Positions 18,051 through 29,288 of a stretch of DNA of 64,000 nucleotides are shown here, piece by piece. Source of the stretch: the human T2T-CHM13v2.0 reference genome, Homo sapiens; NCBI RefSeq assembly GCF_009914755.1, contig NC_060942.1; one strand, 5' to 3'. The translations under genes and the position numbers were made by a program. The notes beneath the pieces were generated by a model, which worked only from the letters and a program-made list of their open reading frames with translations, was not told the origin of the DNA and made no database searches. Within the stretch, counting starts at the first letter, position 1, and each line of letters opens with the position of its first letter.

Positions 18051-19444
18051 TATTCAGCTACAAAAGAGAATGAAAAGCTTCCTATGCACTCAAATGGAAA
18101 GAGCTCCAGGAAAAATAGTTAAGTGAGAAAAGCAAGGTGCAGAACAGTATGGATAAATGCTACTTGTGTTTAAGAAAGGGAAAATAAGAATATCTTTTTC
18201 TATTTGCACTACTTGTACATACAGAGAAACAAAGAATAATCAATAAGAAGTGGTTGCCTTATGGAGAGAAGAGAGCAGATGAGGCAGGGATGGGAATGAG
18301 ACTTCATGGTATAATGCATTTTGCAGCATTATTACAATCTTCAAACCATATGAATGTGTTACCTACTCAATAAATTAAGTTTTTAAAAGTAGCACTGGCT
18401 TTGATTACTGTCTGTATAAAAGATAAAATAAAATTAGATTTTTATCTCATATCATACCCCCAAATAAAATAAAATCTGTAGAAAGCCAACTTTAAACTTT
18501 GAAAGGAAATATAGCAGAGCATTTTTATAATACAGCAGGGATTTCTTGAAAATATATAGAAACAAATCAAATATGAAGGAAAAATTACATGAAATTAAAA
18601 CATATGTAAATAAAAAGACACCATAAATAAACTGAAAAGAAAACCACAGACTGTGAGATGATATTTGTAATGTGAATAAACTACAAAATAGTCTTACACA
18701 GAGTTCTTAAAGACCTAATTCAAACCAATAAGAAATAGACAAACAACCCAAGAGAAAAACAGGCAAAATATGAACAAACAATTTAGAAAAAAAAGAAACT
18801 TGCATGACCAATGAACATATGGAGAAAAAGATGATAGTGGTGAAGTGGAAAGTGCAAGATAAAACAAAAATGAGTCACATAAGATGCCTATAAGGTAAAA
18901 ATCAAAACTGTGATGACTGAAAATATTGATTAAGATGTGAAAAATGGAATTCTTACACTTTGTAAAATGGTACAAACTGTTTTGGGCAACTTAACACATC
19001 TAGCAAAGTTGAAGTTACACATAACTTATAGCCCAGCAATTCTATTTCTGTGGGTCTAACGTAGAATAATTCTCAGCGGGGTGTTAAAGAGACCCCTCTA
19101 CTCCAAAAATATATATATTTAAAAAAAACTATAACCCAGTATGCTATGGGAATGAATAAACTGTGGTCTATTCATTCAACAAAACATTGCTCAACAGTTA
19201 AATAAATGTACAAGTATCAACATGGATTAATCTTAAACACATTTTTGGACCAGAAAAGAAGCAGCAAGTTGCAAAAGGCCACGTAAGACATGATATTGTT
19301 TAAGTGAAAATTGCAAACATATTAGTTTGCATGAAATCCATATGGGCACATAAATGTGTAATAAATATAGCAAATCAGAAGGAGACTTAATACACGCCAA
19401 CTTCTTTGAGTAGCTGCTGTTGGGGTAAAGCAATCCAATAAGAT

Positions 19445-20180
19445 TTATTCACCCATTTAACAAAAATGAAGTATTTGTTCTAGGTATGGGGGATGCGGTG
19501 GTAAACAGGACAAACTCATAAAGCTTTATTCCAGGGCAGTAGATGTGGGTGAGACAGATGGTAAACTAATGAATGTATAATGTGAAGCTGGTTGTCCATG
19601 AGGACAGTGGAAGGCTGAGCAGCAGGGGAGGCGGCAGAGGAGGTCCTTCGAAGCTCTCTGGGAGCACAAGCCTCTGAGCAGGGATCTGGGTGAGGGGAGC
19701 AAGGGGCTCTGTGAAGACCCAGGGACCAGATTCCAGGCAGAAGCCCTCAGAGCAGAAGTGGGATTGAAGGGCTCCAAGAGCAGAATAAAGACCAGTGTAG
19801 CCAGACTGGGGAGAGGGGAGGCCCCATCTCACATGGGTTGCTTCTGAATGTGATGTGGGGCAGTGGCCTGCTATGATGGTCTTTTAAAAAGCACTAGAAC
19901 TGTTGAATGAAATCCTGATGCCAGGAGGGCCAGGGTGGAATTGGGGAGCCCACTGAGGCTGTGGCAGGAGTCTGGGAAGAGTCTGAGAGGGGTGATGAGG
20001 CAGGGAGGTGGCAGATTTGGGAGAAACGTAGGAGGCAGAGATACAAGGACCAGCAGAAGGGAACAGAGGAGCAAGGAGAGACCTGCTTACAGCTGAGCCA
20101 TCGGGGAGAGCTGGTGCCTTCTGCTGAAGTAGGATGAACATGTCTTGGGGGGAAATCAAGACTTCTGCTTTTTAAAGTTA
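19445..20180 (-). mobile_element. L2 LINE 3' region
   Basis: TTATTCACCCATTTAACAAA terminus, then purine-rich antisense L2 body (ATTCCAGGCAGAAG, CAGATTTGGGAGA). Confidence 0.7.
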
Positions 20181-20462
20181 AGTGATCAGGGGTGGGTGGC
20201 AGAGTCTCGACCTAATCTGAAACGTTTGATTTCTTCACTAAAAATTAGGCAAATAGGGTGAAATATTAAAATGTGTTAATAATCTCAGCTGTGGGAACAT
20301 GGGTATCAGAAACTCTAGTATGTTAGGAATATTTCATTTTTAACAAAAAGAATGGCTAACACCAGAACAATTATACCCTATCAATGACCAGCTGACTTTG
20401 TCTTATAGCTACATAAACTACACCTGTCCATAGGTGCATTAATTGTAATGCTTTTTCTATTG

Positions 20463-20735
20463 AGGTAGGAGGAGGAGGAAAAAAGGAAGAGAAGGGGAGA
20501 GGAGGACCAAGAAGAGGAGAAGAGAGGGTGGGAGCAAGAGGAGGAGGGGGGAGAGGAGGAAGAGGAGGAGGAAGAAGGGGAGGAGCAAGAGAAGGACCAA
20601 GAGGAGATGGAGGAAAAGGAGGAGGAGAGGGAGGAGCAAGAGAAGGATGGAGAGGAGAAGGAGGAAGAGGAGGAGAGGGTGAAGAAAGAGGAGGAGGAGA
20701 GGAAGAAGAGGAGGAGATGGAGGAGGAAGAAGAGT
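20463..20735 (+). repeat. GA-rich low-complexity polypurine tract, (GGA/GAA)n
   Basis: ~270 nt almost entirely G/A. Confidence 0.95.
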
Positions 20736-21089
20736 GCCAGCCTGATATTGTTTAAGTGATATTTTCACTTAAACAATATCATGTCTTACGTGACCTTTTG
20801 CAACTTGCTGCTTCTTTTCTGGTGTCCTGGAGTCAGCAGTCTGAAGCCACCGCTAAGTGGATTAAAGCTGATAGGCAGCAACTCTACATGTGCTTCTCAG
20901 TGCTAATGGGCAAGCTTTATTACTGAACCTTCCTACATTCCCATGTCAGAAATCACAACGCCACATAGCCCTCTGCTCATGGCGCCTGCAGATTCCTTAT
21001 GGAAGTGCTCATAACCCTTGTCTGTAAAACCACACTTGGTTTACTTTCATATTCACGAAGAGGAAGGTTGTGTAACAAACATAAGGTTA

Positions 21090-21290
21090 AATGTGTGCAG
21101 TGCCTATGTTTTGAGTTCAGTGTACTTGGGCAAGCTACTCGACCTCTGCATGCTCCAGCCTTCTCATCTGGAGCGGCAGTGCCGATCTTGTAGGCTTATG
21201 ATTAGAATGGGTGCACCTAAAGCTTTCAACATCGTGCCAGTCACAAAGTGAGCATTCAGTAAAAGTCAGCCACCACTACTATCATTAATG
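21090..21290 (+). mobile_element. MIR SINE
   Basis: CTTGGGCAAGCTACT...CTTCTCATCTG...GTGCCAGTCACAAAGTGAGCATTCAGTAAA. Confidence 0.65.
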
Positions 21291-21959
21291 AAACTGCACT
21301 CATTACAGGCTTCTTGTAGCCAACAACAGGCTTAATAAAACAGAAGAATTATGAGGTAATAGGACCAAAGCATGCCACAAAGATCCCTGGAGAAAATAGA
21401 TCACGTGTGACCATATCACAATATTTCCACAGCAGAAGGGGCCTGAACTTGGATTCTTGCTTTGGCTCCGTCCACTCTGCGCTCTTGAAAAAGTCACTAG
21501 AGAGTTCCCTGAATCAGCTGTTTCATCTGAAAAGGAAGATACTATCTCTCCCATCTCTTCTCGAGGCTACGCGGATGAAGAGATCATGGCTTTTACAGCT
21601 TTAGCGGAGCGAGTGAGAGATCAGGATTGACTGTCTCTGCTGTGGGAAGGCTTCTGAGTTTGCCGTGGAACATGGACAATTGTACCAGAAGGGCCTCAGG
21701 AGCCCTCCACAGCCAGGGGATCTCAGCCCTGAAGTGGGGTCAGCAGCCCAGGTTCAATTCCTTTTCTCCCACTGAAATCCCAAAGTAAGATTACAAGATC
21801 CCTTAGCTTCTCCTATCTCCCCAACTCCCTGTGTCTTCTGTCTCTCTCTCCCTCTCCCCACCGCCCCCTGCAAAATAAACATATAATTCTCAATGTTAGT
21901 GCCGATACTACAAGAAACCTGCAGCCACCTCTGTGATACGACATGAGCCAAATCTTTAT

Positions 21960-22130
21960 AAATATGAGATTTGGGGTAACTTATTAAGTATTTCTAAAAT
22001 CTGTTTCTTCCCCAAAATGGGAAAAGTGAAACTTAATGTATAGAACAGTTGGACATCTTAAATATACTAGTTGGGTGGAACATCTCGTGTTGCGCTGAAT
22101 GTATAAAATGCTTAAGAAATGTTTGTTCCC
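21960..22130 (+). mobile_element. MIR fragment
   Basis: TTGGGGTAACTTATTAA...CTGTTTCTTCC...TGCTTAAGAAATGTTTG. Confidence 0.45.
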
Positions 22131-22684
22131 TTCTCCTGAAAGACCACCTAAATACTCCTCTAAAGTCTCACACCATATTCTCTAATCAGGGATTCATCTT
22201 TTCTTTAGGTTGGGTAACACATCTCTGAGAATACCTCATTAAAACCACAATGAACACCAGTATACACCCACTGGGATAGCCAAATTAAAGAGAACGCACC
22301 ACCGCCGAGTGCTGACAGCGACATGAAGCAACCGGAACACTGGTAAGTGTGAACTGACAGAACCGTTGAGAGATTCTTCTCGAGAGAAGCAGAAGCCAAT
22401 AGCTGCATTTGCCCTCTTCACCTTCACCCTGTTCCTCAAATTACTTTCTATTATAGTTTTTGCAAGCTGCTGGGAGCCAAAGCTGAAGAAAATAAGGTTT
22501 GATGCTTTTATGATGGGAGAAACAGGTGCTTTAAGATTGAGCAAAAATGCTCAGATCACACAGAGACCTCAAAACTGCAAATGGGAAAAAGCTGGGGTTA
22601 AAGACCTGAATGATGCCTCTGCTGCCTAAATGGGGAAAACATTAGCAGGTACAGGTCTGGGCACTGGCGTCAAAATGGAGGCGA

Positions 22685-23127
22685 TGGTGAAGACTCTCAC
22701 CGGCTTGTGGCCCGCACTTTCTGGTCGTGTCCTCACATGGCCTTTCCTCTGTAAGCATGGAGAAGGAGCTCTGGTGTCTCTTCCTCTTCTTAGAAGGACA
22801 TCAGTGCTATGGGATTAGGGCCCCAGCCTTGTGACCTCATTGAACCTTCTTATAAAGACGTCAGCCCTAGGGGACTAGGGCCCCAGCCTGTGACCTCCTT
22901 GAATCTTCTTATAAGAATGTCAGCACTATGGAATTAGGGCCCCAGCATTGTGACCTTGTTGAAACTTCTTATAAGGATGTCAGCCCTATGTGATTAGGGC
23001 CCCAGCCTCATGACCTCATTGAACCTTCCTTGTCCTCTTGAGGGCCGTATCTCCAAATACGACTGCATTGGGGGTTAGGACATTAGCATATGAATAACGC
23101 TGGGGGGACACCATTGAGTATACAACA
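22685..23127 (-). mobile_element. MLT1A-type MaLR LTR with internal tandem amplification
   Basis: GTGTCCTCACATGGCCTTTCCTCTG...CTCCAAATAC...GGGGGTTAGGA...GGGGGACACCATT. Confidence 0.85.
22786..23024 (+). repeat. 60-bp tandem repeat, 4 copies
   Basis: Units start at 22786, 22846, 22905 and 22965: CTTCTTATAAGGA.GTCAGC.CTATGGGATTAGGGCCCCAGCCT.GTGACCTCATTGAAC. Confidence 0.95.
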
Positions 23128-23261
23128 GAGAGATGTATTGAAAATGCAGCAAGAGAGAAAAACAAAAATGGAGTGACTGCCAGAGCCTCCAGACCCTCAC
23201 ACTAGACTGTAATTGTTTGAAATTGTGAGAATCCAAGGGAAGATAGTGTCTTTGGGTGCTC

Positions 23262-23726
23262 CAGCTGCTTCCACACAAGCAAAGCTCAAGACCAGGGCCT
23301 GCATGCTGGAAGTCTGTGTTTGGAAGTGACCTCAGGAAACAGGAGAGGGAAACTGGCAAGCATGAAACAGAAAACGAGTGAAAGGAATTGAAATCTGCAG
23401 TACTGAGCTGGTCACGACAGCGGACATCTGGGCTCAGTCCCATTGGGTCCCTCTGTAGAATGTGCCTACAAGAAGGGACCGTTTCTCCATGGGCTTCAAG
23501 TCCCCACTGGCGAGGGGTTACACTATAGTGTGGTCATTCCCCTGCAATTCCAAGTTTGCTCAAGTGTTTCGTGCCTTGCAGTCAGAGAGCACCTGGAGCA
23601 GAGAGAAACACACAGCACAGCTGAGCTGAGGAGCTCTCGGGTTATGTCTGAGGAGGCTGGTGACTGCAAAAATGACAGGGGTAAAGGGTGGACCGGGAGT
23701 GTCAGGCACAGGTGGTATCTGACACA
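23262..23726 (-). mobile_element. LTR16-type 3' LTR of the ERV-L-class provirus
   Basis: GTGACCTCAGGAAACAGG...GAGCTGGTCAC...TGGGCTCAGTCCCATTGGG; homologous to 28078-28640. Confidence 0.65.
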
Positions 23727-25635
23727 GTTCGCAGCGTGTCTTACTCAGATCCAGACAATGTTCAACACAAGGGCCTCAAGTTTGCAGTTGGTCGCATTCT
23801 CTAAAAAGACCAAATGTAGGAGGGTTAGGGTTAGACAAACTACAGTGCCCACGGCTGTCCCAGGCCCCGGGCTATCTCCTACCCCACCCCGTCTTCTGTA
23901 TCCCTTCATACCAGGCCAGCACTTTGGCAGACTGCGTTACTTCCTTTGTATGGTGACCCAGGCCCTCATCCCCAAGGGGCCTGAGTGCTTGGTTGCTGAG
24001 CCCTTATCAGGCCATGGTTGCTACCTTTTGCCATTTACAGTCATGATCAAACTGGAAGTATCAAGAGATAGGTGCCCGACCAGCCCTTCCCCCCTGCATT
24101 GCACAACTGCAATCCTGGCAGCAGTGGTCAGCAGAGTGGGCCATGGCCCCCAAACTTGGAACTAACACCAGCATGAGGACCTCAAAATGACCAAGTGGTG
24201 TTTACTTTTTCAAGTTCACAAGACCCTTCAATGTGTCCTGGGCAGAGCATTTCTCCCCATCCCACTGCTTCTCCAAGAACAAGGACTTTTATTCCAAGAC
24301 ACCCTAAGCTGGAGTTGGAGGACAAATTCCACCAGTGGGTCACAGGTCCTGAACTCATGTATTCCTGCTACTGGGACATGGCCACTTAGGGCCTATACCA
24401 CCTACAGGAAGCAGCTCTCCAAACCACAGGGCCTCAGGGCTGAGTACCCTTGAAGGTAAACCTTTAATCGGCCATCCCCGCATTCTGCTTAGAAGGGATG
24501 CAGTGCGTGATAAAAGCTTAGGGCACAGCTGCTTGGTACACCAAGTGGTCAAACACCCTCTTGGCATTGCCTTGACCTCAACATGGGTCCTTTGGTCAGA
24601 AGCAACACTGTGTGGGATCTATGCTGGTGGGTGAGGCATCCTTCATGCCATTTGATGAGGGTGCTGGCAGAGACAGAAGGCAGGGTAAGAAAATGACAGT
24701 TACCTCAACTGGGTAAAGGGGATCTCCTGCACACTCCGGTGCCAGTGGATGGCTGGTGGTCGAGAGAAGGTGCCGTATCAGGCTTTGCTGATGACAGTGC
24801 GGTCTCACAGCCGTGGTGCTCACTGAATTGATGACAGGCTGGTCTTCTAGCCATGGTGCTAGCTGAATCAGCCATGGTGACAGGGAGCCTGTACTTCCGG
24901 CCACTGCCTAGCCTCTGTGCCCATCACCTTGGCCACTCCATCCATGGGTCCACTGCTCAAGCACTGGGAGCCCAGAACAGAGGCTGGTGACACCCACAGG
25001 ACACTCACCCTGCACAATAAGCACTGGGCCACCATAGCCCTCTCTGGCAGCTTTAGCATTTCATGAAGATGCTCACGTGTTCCCGCTACCATGACCTCTC
25101 ACCTGCCTCTTCCCCAAACTTCTCTGTGTCCACTCTCCCCTTCTGGGCCCCTCCCAAAGAGCCAAGGCATTCTGCACAGGCCAGACATCCACCTGCAGAG
25201 CCATGCCTCAAGCATTTTCACTATCTTCAAAGTGAATGACCAAGATCACCTTGCTACTGCCCACTGGGATGGGTTCCCCTCGTCACTTTCCTTTGGAGGC
25301 TCCTGAGCCAGGCTGGAGTGTGGTGGTGGCACTGCATTTTTTTCTGCCAATCATGTGTCATGCCCACCCATCTGGGAACCAAACTGGAATCTTTCCTCCT
25401 CTGTATATGGTCATGGGAAACCCCCGTGTGGTGACAGCTCTAAGTTGAAGTGCTGGTATTACAGAGGTAAAGAGTGAGAAGGCTGAGCTACATGCTCATG
25501 CAACTGACAGGACTTCCAGACCTCTCAGAGTGACCCCAAGTGATCTCCAGTGAACCATGTTCAGTGTAGGGTGGTTTGATGGTACACCTGCCAGACCTGA
25601 TGACTGAACGAATCCAATAATACCTACAACATGAT

Positions 25636-26010
25636 GTGATGGGCACCTCCTGATGGAATGGAGCTGATAATACCCAGACTGTGATGGGTACCTCCTGGCC
25701 AGGTGGAAATGATAATACCCAGACTGTGATGGGCACCTCCTGATGGAATGGAACTGATAATACCCAGACTGTGATGGGCACCTCCTGGCCAGGTGGAGCT
25801 GATAATACCCATATTGTGATGGGCACCTCCTGATGGAATGGAGCTGATAATACCCAGATTGTGATGTGCACCTCCTGCTGGAATGGAGCTGATGATACCC
25901 AGACTGTGATGGGCACCTCCTGATGGAATGGAGCTGATGATACCCAGATTGTGACGGGCACCTCCTGATGGAATGGAGCTGATAATACCCAGATTGTCAT
26001 GGGCGCCTCC
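25636..26010 (+). repeat. 45-bp minisatellite, ~8.3 copies
   Basis: Unit GTGATGGGCACCTCCTGATGGAATGGAGCTGATAATACCCAGACT starting at 25636, 25681, 25726, 25771, 25816, 25861, 25906, 25951, plus a partial copy. Confidence 0.98.
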
Positions 26011-27554
26011 AGACATATTTAGGGCCCAGCTGCTCTGGGCTTTTCAAATGGTAAGTAAGGTTCTCTGCTACCCAAGGTAATGACTTGCTCCAGAATTCTA
26101 GGGGTCTGCCCTGACTCTTGTACTGGGGGCTTGGCAGACTTCTACTGAGCACCCTTATCCACCAGAGATGCCTCCAGACCCATCAGACTTGCTGAGTCAT
26201 ACACTGTGATCAACAGAGCAATTTCCACTGCGGCAGGACCTGCTGCATAGCTCTATTTTGTTCTGGGAATCTTTCAAAACTGGAAGCATTTGGGTTACTA
26301 GATTAATAGGTTGAAGCAATACTCTGCTTCCAAATGCCAAAGAGCCTTCTCAAGCAAGGGGACTCTTAATAGTAGGGAAGGGGAATGCAAGAACTTGCCA
26401 TTTATCTGAAAGAGGATGAGACGGTATGCTCCAAACCACTGGCACCTAAACCTTCACCGGTGTGGCAAACACAAATCACAGTCTGACTCTTCATGGGGTG
26501 TGTATTCCACCTCATGGCATTTGTGTGCACTTGGGGTATTCCAGGGTTTTTAAAGACACCAGTGCCTAACCCTCCCACCAGGCTTTCCTTATTGTTTTAT
26601 CAAAGGGAGTGTCCTCTGAGCTTTCCCAAGGAACATAACTCTGGTGATAGAATTTCTGCTCTCCCACATCTCTGCCACTCTGTGCCTTCTGATCCTTCTT
26701 ATCACTATGCCAAGGCAGTTTGAGACTCCCTGGCTCACTTACTGTAGTGCATCCTTGGGACTGGGTTTTGAGGGGCTTCTGGTATAACAGCACCCCCAGA
26801 CCTGTTCCCAGTGTCCCTGCAAAGATGCTGAAGCACAAGTCAAGCTACAGTGCTCTCATGTCCATCGGTTCTCTCCTCCCTGCCTTATTTTCTTCCCATA
26901 ATCCTGCAACACCCTCAAGATTTCCTCCCACACATGTTCCTATGGTTCTCGGTGGTACAGCCATGCCATGCAATGCTTTGAGTGGTTACTGTTTTCCTGG
27001 TGCAGAAACTGATTTCCTCACTTCTACATCATGACCTTGGATGCAGGGCTCGGATACTGGGCTATTGGCAATGTGGGAGGTAGAGCCGATCTTAAGGACG
27101 GCAAGCCCCTCACACACCTGCCTCAAGTAATGTCCTGCAAGGTCTCCAGGTAAGTGGAGTAGGAGGTAGCTGTTTCTGCTGGGACAGAAACACCTCATGG
27201 GCACGTGTTTGATCTGGTCCCTGATGTGGACAGCATGGGTTCATTCCCACTGGGTCCTTCTAAAGAATAATATGCCTCAGAATTTTCCAGAAAAGGAGAG
27301 CATCTTCTCACCAGCCCATATTCTATTTGTGAACTGTGCCACATGAGGTGTGGACTTAGGAGGGCTTAGGAGACCATAAGGCTTTAAGATTGTCACCCAC
27401 TCAAATATTCCAATCTCAAGTCTCAGAATACCGCTTTATTTTTTCCTATCAGGAAGCGAACTTTGACATGGGAATGAGTTCAGTCTCCTTTACCATTAAA
27501 TCCTGAGTCTGGTTTTCAGCAGAGTCGGCCGTGCAGCCCAGGTGATAAAGGTCT

Positions 27555-27725
27555 CCAGGGGTTCTTAATTTTGTCTCAACATTGAAATTACATGAGGGCC
27601 TTTAAAAAGCTGTTGCTTGGGTCACACTTCTAGACGTTTTGAATTAATTGGTCAGGGATATCACTTGGACCTCAGATTATGTGACTCTAATGTGAAACCA
27701 AAGATGAGAATGAATGTTTTTAACA
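27555..27725. mobile_element. MER5-family hAT-Charlie MITE inside the ERV
   Basis: CAGGGGTTCTTAA...TTGAAATTACATGAGG...GAATTAATTGGTCAGGG...GTGACTCTAATGTG...AGATGAGAA. Confidence 0.65.
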
Positions 27726-28077
27726 CTGCCTTAGAAGCCCTCTGATTGTCATAGTCAGCTTTCCATTGATGATTATCTAACCTGAGCCTGTCATTTTTCT
27801 CCAGGCTACTCAAGAGCCATTAACAAAAGCCAGGCAGCTTCACAACCCCTGCAGTTACCATCACTCCGCCGCCTTCCCAGGGTCACTGGCTCAGGGTAAC
27901 CAAAGTTTGATCTTGCACCTGCACCTCTCCTGCACCACCACCAGTGGAAGGTCTAAACCACTGGGAAACCCTGAATAACAAGGGCTCTTACACCCCAACT
28001 GTCCACAGCAATAAGGCCCTTGTCTCCGTCATCCCAGTGAGTGATTGGTTCTGGCACAACACCCTGAGGGCCACTTT

Positions 28078-28640
28078 TTCCTCATCTTTTCCAGAAAGCA
28101 AAGCAAGAGACAAACCTTGGTGCAGAAACTTTTATGACATGTGATCTCAGGAACAAAAGTGGGGACTGGGAAGAATAGTACAGGGAAAAAGGGAGAAGAC
28201 ACACAAAGGCACGTGTTCGAGCTGGTCCCTCATGTGGAAAGCATGGGCTCAATCCCCCTGGGGCCTTCTAGAGAATAATGTGCCTCAGAATTTTCCAGAG
28301 AAGGGGAGCACCTTCTCACCAGCACAGATTCCATTTGTGAACTGTGCCCCCAAGGTGTGCACCCTCACACTGCCAGGTTTACAGGTGAGTCCAGGTGGGA
28401 GCCCCTCACACCACAGGGTTTACAGGTGAGTCCAAGTGGGAACCCCCCCAACCCCTGCAGGACTGCAGATGAACCCCAAGCCTTAATATTCCATAAGTCC
28501 TGGAATAGAAAGAAAGACATATTTTATAAACCATGTGAAATGCAATCAGGTTATAGCTGTGTGAACTAGTTTGCAGAGAGATGAAAAGAGTAAAAGGTGG
28601 GCAGGAAGGGTGTAAGGAGGGCACATGCAGTGGAATACCA
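28078..28640 (-). mobile_element. LTR16-type 5' LTR of the provirus
   Basis: CCAGAAAGCAAAGCAAGAGACAAA...GTGATCTCAGGAAC...CATGGGCTCAATCCCCCTGGGG...GCCTCAGAATT. Confidence 0.7.
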
Positions 28641-29255
28641 AAGTCATGAAGATTAGAAAGAGGAAACCAAAGAAAGGCCACCCATCACTTTCCAGCAGCA
28701 CCCCATTTTGCTCATGGAAGGCCATTTCGTGGAGTTGGATCTCATAGCCTGTTAGGATGTTCCAGGAACACTGGACTCCCTTGTTCCTAATTCCTTGCTT
28801 GCCAACTAATCATCTGAACATAGCTAGGCTTCCCTATGACTCAGCTTCAGGAGTATGTCCCAGAGAAGATGTCATTTTCCTGTCCCTGTGGCAATTATAG
28901 CCTTCATTATAAATTAATTAGGGTAATAGGATTTGATACATAAGGCTCTTATCAACTATGAGACCGAGTCAGCAGTCCAGAGGCTGATACAAAAATGCAA
29001 TTGAGTTTTGAGACTGAAATACTTTTGTTGTAGGTAGGGAGAGTAGCAGAAAAAAAAACTTTAAAGGGCCGAGTTCCTAAGGTTCTAATGAGTGGGAGCA
29101 GACGGTCAGTAAATTGCACCGCTATTCGACTTTATTTATGCCCGTGGACTGCGGAATCCTGGAATACCATAAATTACAAAATCTATATATAGTGACTCAT
29201 TTTGTCACTAGCTAAAGTCTCCTCTGACCTCTGAAGGCCAGACCCAAGAGGCAGC

Positions 29256-29258
<3 letters not shown>

Positions 29259-29286
<28 letters not shown>
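29259..29286 (+). repeat. (TG)14 microsatellite at an L1 tail
   Basis: Uninterrupted TG run. Confidence 0.95.

Positions 29287-29288
<2 letters not shown>

Larger units (their letters stand above)
16549..19440 (+). mobile_element. Fragmented ancient L1M (L1MD/ME-like) ORF2/3' UTR pieces; the host begins at ~13740
   Basis: AGATGAAATGAACAAATTCCTTGAAA, GAAATGCAAACTAAAACCACAATGAAATACCA, CCCAGCAATTCTA motifs; continuous across the L1PA TSD. Confidence 0.7.
23727..28077 (-). mobile_element. Class III ERV internal region (ERV3-16A3/HERV16-like), decayed gag-pol-dUTPase
   Basis: Minus-strand peptides resemble HERV-L Pol as recalled: EQWTHGWSGQG ~ AQWAHEQSGHG (integrase N-term, ~24930-24962); QLHEHVAQP ~ KLHEEVAQMP (~25480-25506); EVPITVWVLSAP ~ ELPIMNWVLSDP; many stops and frameshifts. 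Confidence 0.8.

Noticed and set aside
20457-20768. Leu-rich and Gly/Glu-rich ORFs
   Set aside because: Artefact of the GA low-complexity tract
23821-23834. AGGGTTAGGGTTAG telomere-like motif
   Set aside because: Only about two units inside ERV sequence; not an interstitial telomere
23443-24165. Longest ORF (240 aa, plus strand)
   Set aside because: Starts at TTG, runs antisense through the ERV LTR and 3' internal region, and has no recognisable domain
25636-26010. CRISPR-like appearance of the regular repeat array
   Set aside because: Head-to-tail units without unique spacers, no cas genes, mammalian context
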